A stretch of DNA of 64,000 nucleotides from Macrostomum hystrix (Eukaryota > Animalia > Platyhelminthes): positions 1,550,001 to 1,614,000 of the forward strand of contig CATNEN010000025.1 in NCBI GenBank assembly GCA_950097015.1. The letters are read 5' to 3'. Shown here in pieces: positions 35,401 to 46,823 of the stretch. Both the position numbers and the translations under genes were made by a program. How positions within the stretch are numbered: position 1 is the first letter of the stretch; each line of letters opens with the position of its first letter. Below the pieces are notes generated by a model. It saw only the letters and a list, made by a program, of their open reading frames with translations. It ran no database searches and was not told where the DNA came from.

Positions 35401-37470
35401 ATGGAATCGTAGGATTTGATCTCAACAGTAGCATCATGGAATCGTGGGATTTGATCCCTACAGTAGCCTCATGGAATCGTGGGATTTGATCCCAACAGTA
35501 GTATTATGAAATCGTGGGATTTGATCCCAACAGTAGCCTCATGGAATCGTAGGATGTAATCCTATTTGATGAAAAATACTTTATGTAACAATTGTCAAAT
35601 CAGTAGTTTTGCAAAAAAGCCTTAAATTTGCTCATATCATGTAACTCACAATAAATTTATCTCTGACAGTTACAAGCCGCTTGAGGTTCAGCCCCGTCTG
35701 GACCTCCTGAACGCCGACGACGCGCCATCTTTACTACCTCAATTTTCGGTTGCTCATTCTGCAGTCAGTGACGCAACAGAAGCAGACGAAGCAACAGCAT
35801 CGGCCTCTAGCGGCTCACCAATAGCTCCATGGGTGCGCCAAGCCCTCGTCTCGGAGGCTGCTAGCTATCCTCTGACCGTGCTCTACGTTTGGGAGCAAGT
35901 GAGTCAGTTTTTCATAGCTTGCTTCTGTTTCCCATATGTCCTTTCTTTGTTGCGAATTTATAATTTAACTGGTTGCTTTACGCACCTGTAGTCTGGCCAG
36001 ATCCACCTGTGTTTCTCTTCAGATTGATAATAGTGATTGTCGCCTCTTTCTATCTCAGAAAAATCCTTTTGCTTCATAGGAAACAGCTGTGTCACTGCTG
36101 GGCGCTAAGAGCCTTATTTATCTTTTGGATGCATTTTAAGCTTAAGCATTTTTGCCTCAGAGGATTTAAAAGACATGACAAATTGCGCATATGAACATCA
36201 CTCCACGCTAGTAGATCTTACTCGTAGTATCTGTAGTTAATTGTGAATATGGTCCAAAAATGTTCAGGCTCGTTGCAACTGCAGTCCACTGAACATTCGG
36301 GCTGGTTGCAGCTGCAGTCCACTGAACATTCGGGCTGGTTGCAGCTGCAGTCCGCTGAACATTCATGCTGGGTGCAGCTGCAGTCCACTGAACATTCATG
36401 CTGGGTGCAGCTGCAGTCCACTGAACATTCGGGCTGGTTGCAGCTGCAGTCCACTGAACATTCGGGCTGGTTGCAGCTGCAGTCCGCTGAACATTCATGC
36501 TGGGTGCAGCTGCAGTCCACTGAACATTCGGGCTGGTTGCAGCTGCAGTCCACTGAACATTCGGGCTGGTTGCAGCTGCAGTCCGCTGAACATTCGGGCT
36601 GGTTGCAGCTGCAGTCCGCTGAACATTCGGGCTGGTTGCAGCTGCAGTCCGCTGAACATTCGGGCTGGTTGCAGCTGCAGTCCGCTGAACATTCGGGCTG
36701 GTTGCAGCTGCAGTCCGCTGAACATTCGGGCTGGTTGCAGCTGCAGTCCGCTGAACATTCATGCTGGTTGCAGCTGCAGTCCACCGGTAGTCTAGGGACC
36801 GGTCGATGTCCTGGTAGCGAAATCTTCAAGTTGTCGTTCCTCGTCTTCCTCCACCCAGGTGCGCCCGCCGCCGGGCCCGTCGCCTCTGTCGTCGCGCCGC
36901 AGCCTGACTATTCGCATCGCCAATTGGCCGAGCCATTTGCCGCCTAGTCGCGCCAACTGGGAGCTGCTGCTGCACCGGCTGCCAACCCTGCGCCAGCTGC
37001 GAATCGTCTTTCTGAATGAGGCGGAGGCCGACAGCGCCGATCAAGAATCTGGCAGCTCTCAGGTGGCGTTATGCAAAGCTTGTCGCGCTGTGAATTGTCG
37101 AATCGAAGTTGAACGCCAGTCGCTGTCCTGTACAGCTAATGCCGGCGTGGATGACGAAGCCGCCGATGAGCCCGACGCCGTCTGTTTGTTCAACCTGCGC
37201 CGACCGCTGTTCAACTCTACGTCGGCCGTTCCGCTGCTGCTCAGGCCCAGCGGTGCTCCGCTAGTGGCCACATTTGAGTCGGCTCGCCACTGCCGGCAAT
37301 TTCCCCGCCTGCTCCTGGCCTCAGCGGCTGCGCTCTGTTCCCGGACTCGCTATCCTAATGGCGTTAATCCGGCCTTCTCCTGTCTTCCAAGACGGGCGCC
37401 AATTGAAGCCGACTGCGATCCGGCCTGCTGTCACACCAACTGGTATCTTAGCGTGCTTTGGGCTGACTAA
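27970..37470 (+). CDS. Double MYND zinc-finger protein with MSS51-like C-terminal domain, 4 exons, ~490 aa
   Basis: Exons 27970-28209, 28772-29163, 35670-35898, 36859-37470, GT-AG with consistent phases. MYND1 is CQLC...CSRC...YCCQAH...HRPFC; MYND2 is CCVC...CPVC...FCCPEH...H. C-terminal motifs SEAASYPLT and WELLLHRLP...LRIVF. Confidence 0.8.
29149..29260 (+). mobile_element. tRNA-derived SINE relic
   Basis: tRNA-like 3' half cggactcatgacttgaaggtcgggggttcgaatccc (B box 29200-29210), followed by a tgtgtcct...gacac body motif typical of invertebrate SINEs. Confidence 0.6.
29633..30050. repeat. 22-bp minisatellite
   Basis: Unit gatcccttggtaatttctgtgc. Confidence 0.95.
31095..31655. repeat. 34/35-bp minisatellite
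   Basis: Unit ttaactacctgtctgttgagtctcctatatcgcc. Confidence 0.95.
32436..32474. repeat. (GA)n microsatellite
   Basis: Uninterrupted ga run. Confidence 0.95.
32860..33720. repeat. Degenerate ~40-bp tandem repeat
   Basis: Core ctggtcttgtatgaccctcgattctccaaagccgcctctatga. Confidence 0.85.
35165..35555. repeat. ~35-bp minisatellite
   Basis: Unit atggaatcgtgggatttgatcccaacagtagcctc. Confidence 0.9.
36268..36782. repeat. 33-bp minisatellite, MYND-gene intron 3
   Basis: Unit gcagtccgctgaacattcgggctggttgcagct. Confidence 0.95.
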
Positions 37471-37551
37471 TTTTATGCACTTATAATATGACGAGGCATT
37501 TGTTGTGCATAGTTACTCTCCGACATTTAGTTTATATGCGAATGATTAGAT

Positions 37552-37779
37552 CAGGGGTCGACAAAATTATTAGCTAGCGGGCCAAAGATAGGAGCTAAAA
37601 GACTATAGCGCATCGACTGTAGAAATTTGAGATAGCGGAGAGATGAGACAGAGATCAGACATATGAGAGTTGGGATGCAGGAGAGATACGACAGGTAATG
37701 ATGAAACAGGATACTGTAGGTGTCGGAAGGGGCAACGATTTGGGAGCTATGAGAACCGCCCAGAGTTTGCCGAACCCTG
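37552..37779. mobile_element. hAT-like MITE (same family as 688-5385)
   Basis: TIR caggggtcgacaaaa / gtttgccgaaccctg. Perfect 8-bp TSD gattagat (37544-37551, 37780-37787). Confidence 0.85.
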
Positions 37780-38030
37780 GATTAGATAGTTCAGGGCCCA
37801 GGTGAGCCAGATGTACCGCCAGTGGCGCTTTAAAAAGCTGTGTAAACTGTTCAGTCCATGGACATAAAGATTTGGCCTTCTCTGTTAGTCACAATGTTAG
37901 ATATATCAGCCGGCAGTTAAAGTACATTCGATTGCTTATAAATTGTTTAATATTGTACACCCCATGTACAATATTTGTCTGTGAATTTCGATCAATTTCT
38001 TTCTGTCTCATAATTTCCCATTGTTTATAT

Positions 38031-38062
<32 letters not shown>

Positions 38063-40039
38063 CTCCGGTCTTTTTTAATTAATTTCCTTTTGCTTTTCTA
38101 GAAAACAAAGCTTTTCTAGAAAGAAAAGCAAATATTTACCGCTTCATACTGTGTCTACTTGGTCATTCCAGACACGCATGCTCTGTTTTGTTATTAGGTC
38201 AGATTTTAGGCCTTACATTGAATTGTCTTATCGAGCGCCACAATGCAAATTTTGTAAATAGCACTTTTAGTTTACTGTTTTCACTTGTTTTTTGCTATTT
38301 TAGCGTTCAACGCCTAACTTGGATTGCAATTTTAAATAACTGAACTGATGACTTACTACTTTAAGTAATGATTGCGACACGTAAACACTTATCCGACCTC
38401 AATGCTGGTTGCATGCTTTTATTAAATATGTTTATTCTGTAGTGACTGTTGCATCTGTCAATATTCAGAATTTTCATAAATAAATTATTTATTTTCATCA
38501 TTGCCTGCTTCACGGTTGTCAACAAACAATGAGCGCCCAGCCTAATAGACTGTATCATTTTGTTCGTCACTTGTGACGCCTACCTCCATGTCAAAAAACG
38601 ATGTTTTATCTTTGTTTTCAAATTCTGATTTTAATTAAAAGCCATTTATTCCTGCTGAAAAATGAAACTGCCAATGTTAATTCAGCATCGGTTATTGTTT
38701 ACTTCCTAAGAATTGTGCTTTATGCCAATGCCTTTGTTTGTGTAAATGTCTTAGTGTGACCTATATATAATTACACATACACTCACCACTGCCTCAGTTG
38801 ACTTACTAAATCTGTGTTGTTTTCTTAAAGCTGTTGTTTTGTCTCTTCCAATATCATTATGATGACAGATTTGTGGCTTTTAGTTGCTGATGATTCTTTG
38901 ACAGGTTTTAATGGCCCGCTCAATAATTTCTTGGCAGGCGTTGGTGGCCTGATTATTGATTGATTGTTAGTGATCCGGTTGAATGAGTGCTAGACATTTT
39001 TAATGACCGACTTAATGATTTAACAGTAGTACTATCAGTAGTACTGCCGCCCGTTTTTAAACCAAGGGGGCGCCCTGAAATTTTTTGGCAGCGCCCGAAT
39101 GCTAACAGCGTTGGGTGGTGACTGATTGGTTGACAGACTAGACGATGGTGTCCTGTGGTTGAGCTGCGCCTGATACTTAGGCTTGATCTGTGAAATCGGA
39201 GAAATTCGCGTCAGGGTGTCCATAGTGGCCTATTTCCACCTGTTGTAGCCCTTGAAGGTCCAGCAAGTCCGTCTAGATAAAGGTAGGTGACCACTGACGA
39301 TGGAGATGATGCAGGCACATTCGGGTGACATGCTGATCAATTTTGAAGGCCTGGCAAGGCCTCACTGAGGCGCAGTGCTGATTTGTGTATAGGGGTGTAT
39401 GAAATTCACTAGCGCTTATGGGAAAAATCAGACCTTCGGCCAGACACATTGAATATCTCGACGGTCTGAAGAGCTGGCGACTTTATTCTTGTTTCAGAAG
39501 TTGCGCAACAAAAATTTGGCCCGTGTTCTTGAGTTTCGTGTACTTGCGTTGCTCCGTTCGGGTGCTGCACAAAAAATTCAGGAATTCCCCCCTCCTTGGT
39601 AGTTCTACTGTTAATGACGGGTGCTTGTGTCCTGGATATGGCAGTCCTCGGTTTCAGCAGTTTCCAAATCCAGTTCGTCTTTTCGTGTCTGTTTATATGT
39701 GACTCTTAGAGTCAGACATGATATGCCATGACTGCCACTCAATGCACTGTAAATAGCTGAAATTGATTTATCGTTTTACCATGATCTCCTTTTTTATTTC
39801 AACTTTAAAATTGCTGTGTGCTTTACACAAATCAATTTTTTCAGCTTTTATTTCTGCATGTAACAATTTTACTGGCTTTTTGTTATGAACTGTAATTTTT
39901 CGGCAATACATTTATTTACTTATTTACCAGTTTTTTTAAATACAAGACTTTAGAACAAACGTCTATATTTGCTAGCAAAATGTATACTCGTAAATAGCTT
40001 TGAATTTATTTTTTTTGCCCTTTTCTTAGAGTGACTCTT

Positions 40040-41110
40040 AGCGAACACACTGTTTGTCTAGGGCACTCTTATAGTACTCAGAGAAAATCTAGGACACTCT
40101 TAGAGTACACAGTGACAATCTAGGACACTCTTAGAGTACACAGTGACAATCTAGGACACTCTTATAGTACACAGTGACAATCTAGGACACTCTTAGAGTA
40201 CACAGTGACAATCTAGGACACTCTTATAGTACACAGTGACAATCTAGGACACTCTTATAGTACACAGTGACAATCTAGGACACTCTTAGAGTACACAGTG
40301 AAAATCTAGGACACTCTTATAGTACACAGTGAAAATCTTGGACACTCTTAGAGTACACAGTGAAAATCTAGGACACTCTTAGAGTACACAGTGAAAATCT
40401 TGGACACTCTTAGAGTACACAGAGAAAATCTAGGACACTCTTAGAGTACACAATGACAATCTAGGACACTCTTAGAGTACACAGTGACAATCTAGGAAAC
40501 TCTTGGAGCACATTCTGACAGTCTAGGACACTCTTATAGTACACAGTGACAATCTAGGACACTCTTATAGTACACAGTGACAATCTAGGACACTCTTAGA
40601 GTACACAGTGAAAATCTAGGACACTCTTAGAGTACACAGTGACAATCTAGGACACTCTTAGAGTACACAGTGACAATCTAGGACACTCTTAGAGTACACA
40701 GTGACAATCTAGGACACTCTTAGAGTACACAGCGAAAATCTAGGACACTCTTAGAGTACACAGTGACAATCTAGGACACTCTTATAGTACACAGTGACAA
40801 TCTAGGACACTCTTAGAGTACACAGTGACAATCTAGGAAACTCTTGGAGCACACAGTGACAGTCTAGGACACTCTTATAGTACACAGTGACAATCTAGGA
40901 CACTCTTAGAGTACACAGTGACAATCTAGGGCACTCTTAGAGTACACAGTGACAATCTAGGACACTCTTAGAGTACACAGTGACAATCTAGGACACTCTT
41001 AGAGTACACAGCGAAAAACTAGGACACTCTTATAGTACACAGTGAAAATGTAGGACACTCTTAGAGTACACAGTGACAATCTAGGAAACTCTTGGAGCAC
41101 ATTCTGACAG
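40040..41110. repeat. 31-bp minisatellite
   Basis: Unit gacaatctaggacactcttagagtacacagt. Confidence 0.95.
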
Positions 41111-41368
41111 TCTATGGCACCTATGAAACGCATGGGGTGCTAGATAGAGTGCTGACAGTCATAGCTCTCGGAAATGAATATGACTCCTAAATTCGCATGA
41201 TGAGTCTTAGTAGAAGGATCCATCAGTGCTCACAGGCAACGTTGAGAGAAATCGGCCCAAAGAGATCATCTAATTATAACTTATTCACTGTTGTTGCAGA
41301 ACCGGCCCCTAGGGGTTGTAAGAATTTCAAATATTTACCTTCGTCAAGTTTAGCTAGTAAAAAAATTC

Positions 41369-42685
41369 ATGGGCCGGCCGCGCAAGAGGAAGCAGCTGCG
41401 GCAGCAAGAATCGGCTTCGACCTCCGCCGCAGCCGAGGGTGATGAAAATAGTGCCCGGCCGGCAAAACGGCCAGCCAACAAGCAGCAGATCCCGAAAGTA
41501 GATCTGGCCAGCTTCTGTGGCGCAAGCAGCAGCAGCGACACAAACAACAATGAGATTAGCAATGAGGAGAGCAACAGTCTTCACGCCCAGCAGCATCCCA
41601 TGGACCAAGGCTGCACCATTGACGATATCGATGATGACAATTGTCCGATATGCGTGTCGGTTCTCACCAAGCCGGTGCGCCTGCCATGTCGTCACGTGCT
41701 CTGCCTTGAATGCCTGCAGGCGTCCACAGCGAGCTGGTCCGCCCTTGTCTGCCCGATGTGTCGCCAGCGCATCGGCGTCTGGCTTCGTCGGCGCGCCAAA
41801 GATCCGGAAGCATTGATTGACGCCGGTCTGTGGGCCGCTGTGCAGCGTCGCCACCCGGACTACTGCCGGGCCCGCCTAGCCGGCATGTCCGCCCACGAGG
41901 CCGAGGCTGCAGCCGCCGCCGCAATCGGATTGAAACTGCCCGGCTTTGGCGCTAAAGACTGTGCCGGCGACAGCGACGACAAAATTGAAGAAGACGAGAA
42001 ATGGGAGGCCGAGTTGCCGGCGCCGGCCCCGCCGCGTCAGATGGCTGCTCCGGGTGAGCTGCGCACGGAGTGGCGGGCCGCTGTAGACGCGCTCGATCGC
42101 GAACTTCTGGCTGAGCGGACAGCCGAGGCTGCCGCTTCCGGCGCGCTGATCCGCCGGCTCCAGTCCGAGGAGCGGCTGTCAAAGAAGCGCACCTGGCTAG
42201 ATGCATTCCTAGCCAGCCGGGGTGGCAGCGGAATCGATATTGATAGGCCGGAACCTGTTAACAGTCGAGGCCAGGTCCATGGCGGATGTGACATTGATAA
42301 GGCCAACGACAATCCAACTGCTGGGAGCGTCAAGACATTGTTAACTCCTCCGCCGCCGACTCGGCCTCCGCCATTCGCCCTGCTCAGACGAAAGAGTTCA
42401 ACCGACGCCTCGGCGAGAAAGGCGTCCGCTTCAGCTAGCAGGAGCCGGCCAGTCGCTTGTGCTTCCACTAGTCGAGCTAAGCCGGCCTCGCCGTTTGCCA
42501 TCGCTGCCGCCGTGGCTGCTAAGAAGGCTGCCGCCGAAGCCGCCGTCGCTGCCGAGTTTAGCGACGCGTCGTGTAGCGTCGACGACGGGATGGCCGTCAG
42601 TCAGGAGGAGGCGGATCGACTCCTGGCCCTGCGCCTTCAGCGCCAGTTTGATTTGGAGAGTGGAACGGCTTCTCGGCCAGTCTGA
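41369..42685 (+). CDS. RNF168: RNF168-like RING E3 ubiquitin ligase (uninterrupted ORF, 438 aa)
   Basis: RING domain CPIC...PVRLPCRHVLCLEC...CPMCRQRIGVW followed by LWAAVQRRHP. UMI/MIU1-like PGELRTEW...ASGALIRRLQSEE. MIU2-like QEEADRLLALRLQRQFD. Confidence 0.82.
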   Translation: MGRPRKRKQLRQQESASTSAAAEGDENSARPAKRPANKQQIPKVDLASFCGASSSSDTNNNEISNEESNSLHAQQHPMDQGCTIDDIDDDNCPICVSVLTKPVRLPCRHVLCLECLQASTASWSALVCPMCRQRIGVWLRRRAKDPEALIDAGLWAAVQRRHPDYCRARLAGMSAHEAEAAAAAAIGLKLPGFGAKDCAGDSDDKIEEDEKWEAELPAPAPPRQMAAPGELRTEWRAAVDALDRELLAERTAEAAASGALIRRLQSEERLSKKRTWLDAFLASRGGSGIDIDRPEPVNSRGQVHGGCDIDKANDNPTAGSVKTLLTPPPPTRPPPFALLRRKSSTDASARKASASASRSRPVACASTSRAKPASPFAIAAAVAAKKAAAEAAVAAEFSDASCSVDDGMAVSQEEADRLLALRLQRQFDLESGTASRPV

Positions 42686-42729
42686 GCTGGGTTTGAGCAG
42701 TCTCGGATTTCTGCTAGCTTAGAATGCGG

Positions 42730-43690
42730 TAGATTGAGAATGAGAGACTGCTATTGACAGGAAGATTGAGAATAAGAGACTGCGATTGAGAGGAAGATTG
42801 AGAATGAGAGACTGCTATTGACAGGAAGATTGAGAATAAGAGACTGCGATTGACAGGAAGATTGAGAATGAGAGACTGCTATTGACAGGAAGATTGAGAA
42901 TAAGAGACTGCGATTGACAGGAAGATTGAGAATGAGAGACTGCGATTGACAGGAAGATTGAGAATGAGAGACTGAGATTGACAGGATGATTGAGAATGAG
43001 AGACTGCTATTGACAGGAAGATTGAGAATGAGAGACTGAGATTGACAGGAAGATTGAGAATGAGAGACTGAGATTGACAGGAAGATTGATAATAAGAGAC
43101 TGCGATTGACAGGAAGATTGAGAATGAGAGACTGAGATTGACAGGAAGATTGAGAATGAGAGACTGAGATTGACAGGAAGATTGAGAATGAGAGACTGAG
43201 ATTGACAGGAAGATTGATAATAAGAGACTGCGATTGACAGGAAGATTGAGAATGAGAGACTGAGATTGACAGGAAGATTGAGAATGAGAGACTGAGATTG
43301 ACAGGAAGATTGAGAATAAGAGACTGCTATTGACAGGAAGATTGAGAATGAGAGACTGAGATTGACAGGAAGATTGATAATAAAAGACTGCGATTGACAG
43401 GAAGATTGAGAATGAGAGACTGAGATTGACGAAAAAAGTAGGTAAGAATGAGAGATTTAGAATGATGAAACGAGATTGGTTGGTAGATTAACAATCAGAA
43501 AGATTGATAATGGGAGACTGAGATTGACAGGTATATTGAGAATGAGAGACTGAGATTGACAAAAAAAGTAGGTAAGAATGAGAGATTTAGAATGATGAAA
43601 TGAGATTGGTTGGTAGATTAACAATCGGAAAGATTGATAATGAGAGACTGAGATTGACAAAGAGGTAGATTGACAATGAGAGACTGAATG
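42730..43690. repeat. 32-bp minisatellite downstream of the RNF168 stop
   Basis: Unit gattgacaggaagattgagaatgagagactga. Confidence 0.95.
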
Positions 43691-44377
43691 AGCATTTAAA
43701 ATATGACTGTCTTGCACTATTTTAGCATTTTGTAAATCCTGTTTGTTTTACTGTTCCACAGGTTTAGAATGATCTGTTAGAATGCATTTCTACTGACAGC
43801 AATGTTTAGTTATGTGTAGTCCTTGCTTATTGGTTAAGGACTACAGCATATGTTATCCTCCCAGTGAAACTTTTCTCCAGTTTCGTTTGTTCGTTTAGCC
43901 CAGTCTAGGCCTGCAAAGAAACAGTGAAAGCATTTGTTAGTTTCTAAATTTTTCCTTTTTTCGCAGGAAGTTGAGCTTTAAATCAATATTTTTGCAACAA
44001 TAAATGCACGCCATGCGCGTGCTGGTCTACTAGCAGTAGCTTGTTGTTTGTTTTTTGTTTAACAAAAATCTGTCCAAATCTTTTTCTTCTTAATTGACAC
44101 TTTACTGCGACTTTACTTTACTACTACTCCCCCAGCCGCTACTCTGGTAGTTGAAGTGGCTTTGTGCAAGTAATTTGTGACACATCTTATCTTTAGTTGA
44201 CTTTCAGGATGAATCAAATCAAATATATGGGTCACTTTTAGCTTAGTAGACTAATCCCAGCACTTTTTAGTCGTTCACTTTGCGCCCAGCAGTTGCTGAC
44301 GCCTAAAAAAATAGAATAGAGTGTTTGCTTGATTGTTATTTTTCGTTTTTATTCTCTGAGAATCTGGGTGCAGCTGC

Positions 44378-44795
44378 TGCACGCTGGAAGACCCTAGTAG
44401 GGTCTGGGTACAAATCCGACTGCACGCTGGGGGTACTAGGGTCTGGGTACATATCCGACTGCACGCTGGGGGACCCTAGTAGGGTCTGGGTACAAATCCG
44501 ACTGCACGCTGGGGGACCCTAGTAGGGTCTGGGTACAAATCCGACTGCACGCTGGGGGACCCTAGTAGGGTCTGGGTACAAATCCGACTGCACGCTGGGG
44601 GACCCTAGTAGGGTCTGGGTACAAATCCGACTGCACGCTGGGGGACCCTAGTAGGGTCTGGGTACAAATCCGACTGCACGCTGGGGGACCCTAGTAGGGT
44701 CTGGGTACAAATCCGACTGCACGCTGGGGGACCCTAGTAGGGTCTGGGTACAAATCCGACTGCCCACTAGAAGACCCTAGTAGGGTCTGGGTACA
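44378..44795. repeat. 43-bp minisatellite
   Basis: Unit gggtctgggtacaaatccgactgcacgctgggggaccctagta. Confidence 0.95.
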
Positions 44796-46823
44796 AAGAG
44801 CCACCTGTACTCGTAGCAGCGGCTGCTCTAGTGGCTACAGATACAGGGGTTAGGTAGTTACATGTAGAGATAATCGTACGAGATAATCGTACGAGATAAT
44901 CGTACTCGTAGATTAATATTTTCAAATCAAGCGGATCTCATCCTTAGTTCAATTCCTGGTGTGGTTTTGCGCCAGCGAGCTAAAATAAATGTCACGTCCG
45001 ACGCGTTTAGAGAACTATTACGAGCCGTATTTCTGGCCCACTTCTCAGCCACCCTAGAGCCTGCCGCGACGTGTCTGAGAACTGGCACGAATGAGAATTG
45101 AGTTTCCTCGTGAGATCATCGTCTTGCCTTGTTGCAGTAAATATAAAACTAGTTTGTCCCTCAGTGCACGCGAACCGCAGCCCAGCCTCTTGTTTCTCAG
45201 CCTCTCTGGATCATACGAGTTCATCCTCTTTCAACTTTTTTTAGACTTTTCTCTGCCAAAAGCTAGTACTAGCTACTTCCATTCCTTTCAGGCGTGCCTA
45301 GCTCATGAAGCATGACATCGAAACAATGGACCGCTTTGGTTGAAGTTTCGTGCTGTAGACTCTTTGGTCTAGTATCTAGACTCCTCTCTGGCAAAGGAGA
45401 CATTGTCGGGGGAATTCTGATATGGTACAAGTATTTTTAGCCAGCGGGAGCTCACAGATGAAGCCTGATCACACTGTCGTCCTTTATGAACTAAAATGAA
45501 GCGCCGCGGTGGAAATTGATGAAATCAGGCATGCAAATTTCTACTTCTCTTCACTGATCGCCATCATTAACTTGGCTGTCATGGGAGTCCTGGTAACTGG
45601 TTCGATTGGAATTTACTGTCTTTCTCTTTCTCTCATCAGCAGCTGCCTCGTTCCCTGGAAAGAAGGATAATTCTTTCCAGCCAAAAAAAAGTATTTGGGG
45701 ATCCGATAGATAGCAAATGAAGCAGCAGATTTTTTTCTTAAAATAAACAACCATTTTGATGCTGGATGCTTCGGTACCATCATTTGCATTCAAGTCGCAT
45801 GTCTGCTTTTTCAACAACTAGGATTGTCTTGAGGGAATGCGGTGCTACACAAGGGTAATTTGCAACCGCATTCATTTATCGGCGGTGGCACAGGAGACTG
45901 CCTTGTTTGTCACAGTGCTTTATAGTGAAGAGCGAACTCTTTTGGCAGCGAAATTTGAAGCCGAGGCCAATGCGAACCTGCAGATTAAAAGGCCAAATCA
46001 GCTAACAAATAAGCCTACATGCGGCATTGACATGTACTCGCGGCACGGAGTGGAAAAAGGAGAGTGATAAAGATTCGTAGGTCTCCGAGCCTCACTGTTA
46101 GGCCTTTTTCGTAAACCACCCACGCACTCTACTATTGCCGGGATCCGAAATATGTGAGCGAGGCCACTAGAGCTAGGAGGAAGGAGACGTAGAAGACGGG
46201 AAGGGGCGGATCGGGATAGAGTAGGGTCAGGCGACTGAAGGAGACGGAAACGTGGTGGGGGGGCGAAAGAGAGCCCCGAGGGGAGAGGAAGGGATTTTTC
46301 GGGAAACCGCGCCGGGTGGCTCCCCGGGCGTGGCCGGGTGGCACGGCGGGGAATGGGAGACTGGGAGGAAAGAGGCGGAGGAGGAATCTATGAAAGAGTA
46401 GAGATGCTGCGACAAATCGCGATGCTAAGAGACGGCCTCGGATGGGAGAGAGTAGAGGAAAACGAGGACGATTGGGAGCTGGGAAGCGGCTCTCTCACCT
46501 CTTGCAAGCCTTCCATATCACCCTTCCGTCTTTCTGCCCATCGTATCCACTACTCTCGTCAGAGCCCAGTATCTAGCCACCCCGCCCGCTATCCGTTACG
46601 TACCCCTGGTTGGCAACTGGCCCAGCCAGTCACATCCAGTCCAGCTGCTCGGGCAACGAGCGCCAGCTGCTTTAAAAAGGTACAATCCGTAGATTTCATT
46701 ATCCCAGGCTCATATATCTCACATAGCAAATAAATCTTTAGGTTTCCTGCCCCTCTGCCTGGCAGCACACATCTCTAGGCTCAGTTGGATTTTCAAAATT
46801 CGGGGCGTAGAAAGCCAGCAGCC

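Noticed and set aside
39035-39720. GC-richer island with short ORFs (possible decayed TE or gene fragment)
   Set aside because: Stops occur in the frames I read, with no recognisable motif or termini.
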